This document shows, piece after piece, positions 1-64,000 of a stretch of 64,000 nucleotides of DNA (the stretch's first letter is position 1; each line of letters begins with the position of its first letter). Under the pieces are notes generated by a model. It did no database searches and was not told where the DNA came from. It was given only the letters and a program-made list of their open reading frames with translations. The stretch spans positions 20,710,001-20,774,000 of the forward strand of contig CM097885.1 of assembly GCA_044892525.1 (NCBI GenBank), given 5' to 3'. This stretch comes from Schmidtea polychroa (Eukaryota). Position numbers and translations under genes: made by a program.

Positions 1-1245
1 ATTATATTGAATGATTTTATTAAACATTTTTTATTTTTTGTGGAAATATATCTAAAGTTGGTAGAACAAGCCAACAGTAATGCTCTGAAAATTTGTCGAA
101 CTTGGATTTGAGGTCATCTCTTGACTTCCGGGAAAAATTAAGCTGAACACTGAAATAGAATAAAATAATTTTTTTAACATCTTATGCAATTGTAGAAGCT
201 CCTAGTTAAATTACATAATCATCTTTTTGCAAACTAAAAATGTGTCAGTAAATAGCACGCAAATATAACCGTAAGTCAAATTAAAATCACACCCGAAAAA
301 CATCAATAAAACGAAGTAAAATGGATTAAAAAAACAATTAAATCCAGAACATAAAAGTAATGAATGATTATATATGAATATATGAATGATTAAACCAGTA
401 GGACTGAGTAAGGCCAAATAGTCACTTGAGCGAATCCAAATGAAAAATAAAAAAAATACATAATCTACATAAAGTGACGAAGTGAGAGGACCCTTCACAT
501 ACTGATAGTAGTGATTACCAGTAGACTCACCACTATTACCGTAGATACTCGAGTATAACGTGAGAGATAGAAATTTATATCAGAAATGAACGGAAAGTTC
601 AAGACGCGAATATAACGCGAAGCAAAAAAATCATTTCTGCACATAAACCTTAAAATTTTATATCTAGTGTCTCAAATATAACACAACCCACAAGTTTTTA
701 TCCAATTTTGAGTCACAAAAGCCTCGCAGTATAGTCGAGCATCTACAGTATACTTTATCTGAACAAACAGATATTTTCTAGTCACTAACACGCACAAACA
801 ATTATAACCAACTATTAAAGAGCACCGCACTGATTTCACTTCAAGCCTGATCGGATATCTAGTGTCGAAGGGGAGCTAGGGGATCTTTTTGACTTGAGAT
901 GGAGAACCAAGATAAGACCAACCATCACTCATGTGATCTTGCCAGTCCACAGACATCCAAGGCGCAGGTCGCGCAAAAAATGACTCTGATGCAAAATCTC
1001 TACAATAAATCATTGTTTATTTATGAATGTTTCGATTTAATTTTTTTTACTTAACTTCTTTGTTTTGTTTTGTGAATTGCATGGTCTGAATAGTATGTCC
1101 AATAGGGTTATGACTTTTTATCAACCCCATGCTCCTGTACTATAGTTTGATGAACTTTTACCTAAAAAGCACGAAATGAACTATTAATATGTATTACTAT
1201 GTATTCAAATGTATTTAAAATGTCATAGTCATGTAATACAATAAA

Positions 1246-1482
1246 TCGTTGGTTTACAAGCAAAATTCACTAAGTACATTTTCCAAGATTTTGATTTTTT
1301 GTACTAAATTAAATCATTATAATGCCAACTTTATATGGGCAAAATCTTATAAGTCGTAAATTGATATTGTTGAGGTTTTTAGGCGGACATTTATTGCACT
1401 AAGTCAATCGTGCTATTATAATACAATCAGAAATTCCTTAGTGAGTTTTTTGACTTAGTGATTTCTGCTTTTAAACCGACGA
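1246..1482. mobile_element. MITE-like element with ~30-bp imperfect terminal inverted repeats
   Basis: TCGTTGGTTTACAAGCAAAATTCACTAAGT (1246..1275) versus reverse complement of 1453..1482, TCGTCGGTTTAAAAGCAGAAATCACTAAGT; no clear TSD. Confidence 0.55.
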
Positions 1483-1487
1483 AATTT

Positions 1488-2800
1488 TCAATCCAACAAT
1501 GACTCAGACCGTTGACCTTGCTCTTGCTTGTTGCACAGAAGGAATCGAAGGTGCAATTTGTCTTTATTTTTGCATGATGAATAAATTTCCTCCATTACTT
1601 TGATTGCGCGCTCTGCGCATTGATTACTTCTGGGTATCTGTAGTATAGATGGCTCTCGCTTCCAGTGATTTTTCAAAGAGCTTAAAGCCTTTTTGTATGG
1701 ATTCAGTATTTCAGCCAAGTTATTAAAGTCTTTTCGTTGTGCAGTTGGTCTGTAAACCAATGGTCTGCCCAGCCATACGATATAAATCGACATACTCTCT
1801 GCAGAACTGTCCTTGTTGAAGGAATTAAAATGAAGGCCAGGATCGCTAGCATAGCTCTGGAGTTCCACCTCGCATTGCTGATGTTGGGTCTGAAACTTGA
1901 TCAATGGAAAATGTCCCTTTTCCTCAAAAAATCGGAACTCTCGAGTGAGATGAAACAAAAATTTCATATCATCTCTCCAGCCTGATGTTTTGAGAATTAC
2001 TTCTGTTCCGTTATCAAACTGTATTTTCAGTTGTTCGTACTCCTTCAACAGTTGGGATAATTGTGAATTGGAAATTGTGTTTTACTTCCAAGTTCTTCAT
2101 CCATCACCAAACGGAGGATTCTATCCAATACATGGTGTTGACAATGATAAACTGAGGTTTGTTGATGCGTTTCTCTGTTAACATTCGTTGCAATATTACA
2201 ACAACACCATTCTTTTTTCCAGTGTTAACGCTGGTAGTATCTGCAACAATCATCTGTATTGAATTCCATATGTGAAATTCATCGAGGACTTTAGAAATTC
2301 ATTCAGCAATAGTTAAAGCCCTGCCATCTACCAAGCCAAGCACATTCAATTTGATTTCTCTTCTTTCATTTTTAAGGACGACCGCTTGAAAATCCATTCT
2401 GTCGATGTGCTTGCCATCAAAGTGTAAGGACCAACTTTCCATATGCAACTTTTCATTCATTTCTTCCTTCAGCTTGATTGCCTCTTTGATTATTGACTTG
2501 TAAATAGCTGATTGACATGGACTTGGGATGTCAATGCCTTCACGAGCCAATTGCTTGCATATGTTAGCAGCTTTGTTTGTTTATGATGTTTTATGCTTGG
2601 TGTAGGAGTTGTCTCATCTTCTTCTTCATTGTTTTCATATTCACTGTCGTCAGCCTCAGAGTCAGAATCACTAAAACCAGGATAGTAAGATGATGAGTTG
2701 GATTACTCATTAGAAAGTTTTTGTCTTTTAGAGGGATTGTCCAATAATACTGATGTCTGTATGCAGAAGGGAAAATATCGGTGACACTATTAACCACATT
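1488..2800 (-). pseudogene. Decayed DDE transposase, hATm-like (hAT-related)
   Basis: Across frameshifts: HFDGK, VADTTSVNTGKKNG, CQHHVLD, NARWNSRA, RSNQCAERAIK (ORFs 2299..2550, 1488..2048). Same motif order as the 27-kb element. Superfamily assignment is from memory of motifs. Confidence 0.75.
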
Positions 2801-4405
2801 ATCAAATCAACATATCCAAATATAAATCAAGCGAACCACACTAAATTTGGGATTTTTGAATAGATTTCTTGGGATTTTTTAATATTGTCACATTTAAAAA
2901 CTCAGACGAATAATTGACTCTGAATTTATTTATACTATCTATAGTAAATTTAGTCATTGAATGAATCGAGGCGGAACTCACCCGAACAATAAAAGAGCTC
3001 AATGTGCACCAATGTGCAGCAATAACGATTGTAATCTGGGTTACACTAGAAACTGCGTGAATGGATAAATTGTTTGATACATGTAACTCACCAAAACAAA
3101 TTCAGCATTAAATAATTATCACTTAAATTTGAATGATAAAGCAAGTCAATCAATATTTTGAAATAGTTGTATAATGTATAATGTCGACAGAGAATCCTCA
3201 TAAGGCATTATTCACTGATAATTGAATGTCCAAGTTTTGAAAAAAGAACTTTAATGATAATGATGAAAATCCTTCTATTGGTAGTTTGGGAACAGAAAAT
3301 TAGAATTATTGACGAGCAGTTTTAGTAAGAAGGCTCGCCAACTTAATAGTTCCCTATCACGTTGTACAGTTTAAAAATTATGTGTGTCTTGTTGGTCGAA
3401 TTAAGATAACTTGGTATTCAACGGTCGGTGACAACTCAGGCTATAAGCACATCGGGGAATAATGAGCAGGAATACCAATATATACAAAAAGCGCTTCATA
3501 ATAAATTTGAACTTCATGTTTCATTCTTCCCTACACAAATACTTAACAGTTCTATTTAAGAATCTTAGATGTGATAAAAATGGCCGCAAGGAAGTGAATA
3601 AATTCTGCAGCTTGCGAGCTGATATTCAACAGAAAAGAAGATAGACAAAAAAAGTATTAATTCTCAATTAACTGATTCATACATAAATTTAGAACAAAAT
3701 AATGTAAAAATTATTTACAATTGTATTATTTACAGGTATCTAATAAATCAAATTTTAGGCAAACTTTGGTTGAATTTTTTCCGAGTATTTTTAACAGTTA
3801 TTGACGTTATTTTTTGATGCACTCAAACAAATTCTCAGTTTCTCAAACTTTTTAAATACATTTAAAAAATTCTAGGAATTTCTATGTTTTATTTTAGATC
3901 TTCATTTAAATACGCTTTTTAAATTTCATAATATTTTAATTTTTATTTTTCTAATATTTTCAATTTTCTCTCATTTTCTATCAGAATTTTATTTGAAAAT
4001 TTATTTTAAATTTTTTAACATTATTTTCTCTGCATTGTTAATTTCAAGATTTTTATTTCTTCGAGGTGTTTTTTGTAAGTTTTAGAAACACTTCTCAGCT
4101 AGGAGGTTTTATCCTAATCTGAGTAATAATTATATATAGCATGATGTAAATTCAATTCTACGCATAAAATTAAAAAATTATTTAAAAATTACCTGTAAAG
4201 TAAAATTTAATAAATTTATATTAATAACACATTTAATAATTGCGAAAAATTTTTAATGCAATTTGTTTAATTATTGTACAACTTTAAAATTCATGAACTT
4301 AAGATTTCGCAAATATTTGATTAGTTATTTATAAATTAACGAAATTTGAATTTTATTTTATATAAAAGAAATCTTTTTCGTGTTAATAAAGAAATTTAAT
4401 GTGCA

Positions 4406-61633
<57,228 letters not shown>

Positions 61634-61705
61634 ATTTTATATTTGAATTTATTTTGAGACATGTAGATAAACTGTTTAATACAATTTGATTCAACGATTT
61701 TAGAA

Positions 61706-61889
<184 letters not shown>

Positions 61890-64000
61890 GATGTAGCTCT
61901 AACATTTAAACAATACCACTTGCAAATACGTTATGCCGTCTTATGCCGTCATTATTAAAATTTCTATGCAAACAAATAATTGAAAATCTGTGTTAATTTC
62001 TTTGCGCAAATAAATAATTCAATAAATCTTCATAAAAATTGAGGGTCATAAAAGAAACAAACAAACATATGTGAATATATGATAATTAATAAAAATCGGG
62101 TGGCTCCTGGCCTGGACTATATTCGTGGTTGAATTTGATTCCGCAATCATTCTTGAAAAAAATGAAAAACAGCTGTAATTCGTCATTTAAAGACCTGAAG
62201 GTTCCCGAATATTTCCCGACTAAGTAATAAAGATCATTCTCTCGAGTTATATCTCACCTAAAAATCATCTGTTAACCTTTACAATTTTCACTGGACCAAC
62301 TGGATGATCTTCCAAGCAAATAAATCCAGCTGGTTGATTCGGTCTAATTATTGAATCTAAAAAAAGATTTTTTTTATTTGAAGTTCTGTTTCATGTATAT
62401 TATCATTTATATTTAATGTATATTTATATCATGTATATTTAATGAGAAAATCTATGAATAATACAATATGTCTTCGTGATTGCTATTGGAGTAGAAGTAG
62501 ATCTTTATAGAGGCAGTAAACATTTTAATCTAATAAATGCAGACTTCTAACATTCTAGCTTCTCAAGATTATTTAAATCTGGTTTCTTCAACCTTTCAGA
62601 AAATATGGAAAAGAAAACAAAATCGATAAACATATGCAATAAATAAACAAATGTCTACCAATCTTTTCAATTTATTATGTAAAGGTTTTGCTTTTTACAA
62701 ATTCTTCTTTTAAAAATCCATTAATTTTATTGGTTGCTCTTATTACCAATCAGAGATCACCACACCAGCGCTAATGTTTAGCATTTACCCTATCAAAAGA
62801 AAGGATAATCAAATTTGTACCAAATATAATGGCCTTTCCTAAAATTAATTTTCTCTTTAGAGTTCATTTATTTATGGCTGAAAGTATGTCTTAAAAATAC
62901 TGAAATATTAGTTGGTTGCTGGAATTGGATTACTTGAAAACTTTCTGGTGGTCATTTGAGAATATATAACTTTATCATTATTAAATTTAATAAATTTCAT
63001 ATTTATATTATCACAGGCGGGAGCTAAGACATTTACCATGGTTTGCAACTTTATCCTGTCCATTAACCACTGAACATAAAATGATCTTGTATTGCGGACG
63101 AAAATAATCACGTATGAAATAATATTTGGGAAAATTATGTCTACTCTCTTTTCAGTTCAGTGATTCCACTGTAAAACCAAAAAATAATTATTTTCTCAGC
63201 TGTCATGGATTCATGGACCGGATCCACAATCAGAAATGAATAACATAATGCGTTCCCTTTAACTGAAAATAAATAATTGTAAAAATCATAATAATTCCTT
63301 CAAAGTATTAAATTCATCAACTTTTGATTCAATATATTATATAACCTCATAGCATCTACTTATAAAACAATCAGTAGTATAAATTTTGTAAATAATATTA
63401 AAAATGAAATTAAAACTTTTAAGAAATACATTAAAATTTCAACGACAATCAATTAAAACATAAAATGAAATTAATTATTTTTCCTGTCAATTTTTTAAAG
63501 AAAATTTATGCAATGAAAAAAAAATATATTTAACTTTATAATTATCTTGTAATTCGTGCTTAAATTCACATTTGGAATGGAAATATTGCCAAGAATTATT
63601 AGAATTGCATTAATCTTTTATCGAAATTTAGCATCTCATTAAAACAAATGCGCAATATCTAACAGAAAATAAAAGATGATTAATAATAATTGAAAAAAAT
63701 AATAAATCAAGTTAATTTATATTGCTTAAATTTTTAATAGTTATGGAAAATAAAATTTGTTTAAAATAAAAATTTTAATGATATTTAAAATTATTTTTTT
63801 AATTTTATAGCTGTGAACTTGCGTTTTTATTAGAAATTTATGTCTTTATGTTGCAGTTTCATTTATTTTATTTAAATAAAAATCATATTTGTTTTAATGG
63901 ATACTGATGATAAATATCCATTAATTAAATAAAATTGGAAATCCTTTTACTAGAATAAATTGTCACTTTTTTAATTCTAAGACTACCTTATACCATTTTG

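Noticed and set aside
1103..3356. TAGGG..CCCTA as termini of the first hATm-like element
   Set aside because: Similarity stops after 5 nt and there is no matching TSD, so the boundaries remain undefined.

Overview
Very AT-rich eukaryotic (animal-like) genomic DNA; the composition and TE mix resemble a flatworm/planarian genome, but that is inference only. The window is spanned by one + strand protein-kinase gene of the PRKX/PKA-C3 type. I reconstructed it by hand as 9 GT-AG exons (4406..61633; 1002 nt CDS, 333 aa, ending FSEF*); the ORF track misses most of it. Four giant introns (32.6, 8.6, 3.8 and 10.8 kb) are packed with mobile DNA. They contain a near-intact compact Ty3/gypsy LTR retrotransposon (9494..14478, 5-bp TSD), a second decayed gypsy, and several Penelope-like (RT + GIY-YIG) copies. 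They also contain hAT and hATm-like elements, mariner, Tc1/IS630-like DD34E, pogo/Tigger, piggyBac and mini-Helitron pieces, long (AAT)n/(TA)n microsatellites and foldback structures. The most notable hidden layer is a set of about ten minimal type-I hammerhead-ribozyme motifs from at least three sequence families. One is a ~105-nt microsatellite-embedded repeat whose core carries a compensatory U3-A8 pair. The canonical intact cores all lie antisense to the host pre-mRNA. The gypsy element shows a cryptic -1 frameshift signal (C_CCA_AAA plus hairpin) that is out of phase with the current gag, implying a 1-nt deletion. Its ORFs run through the PBS, the PPT and both LTRs.
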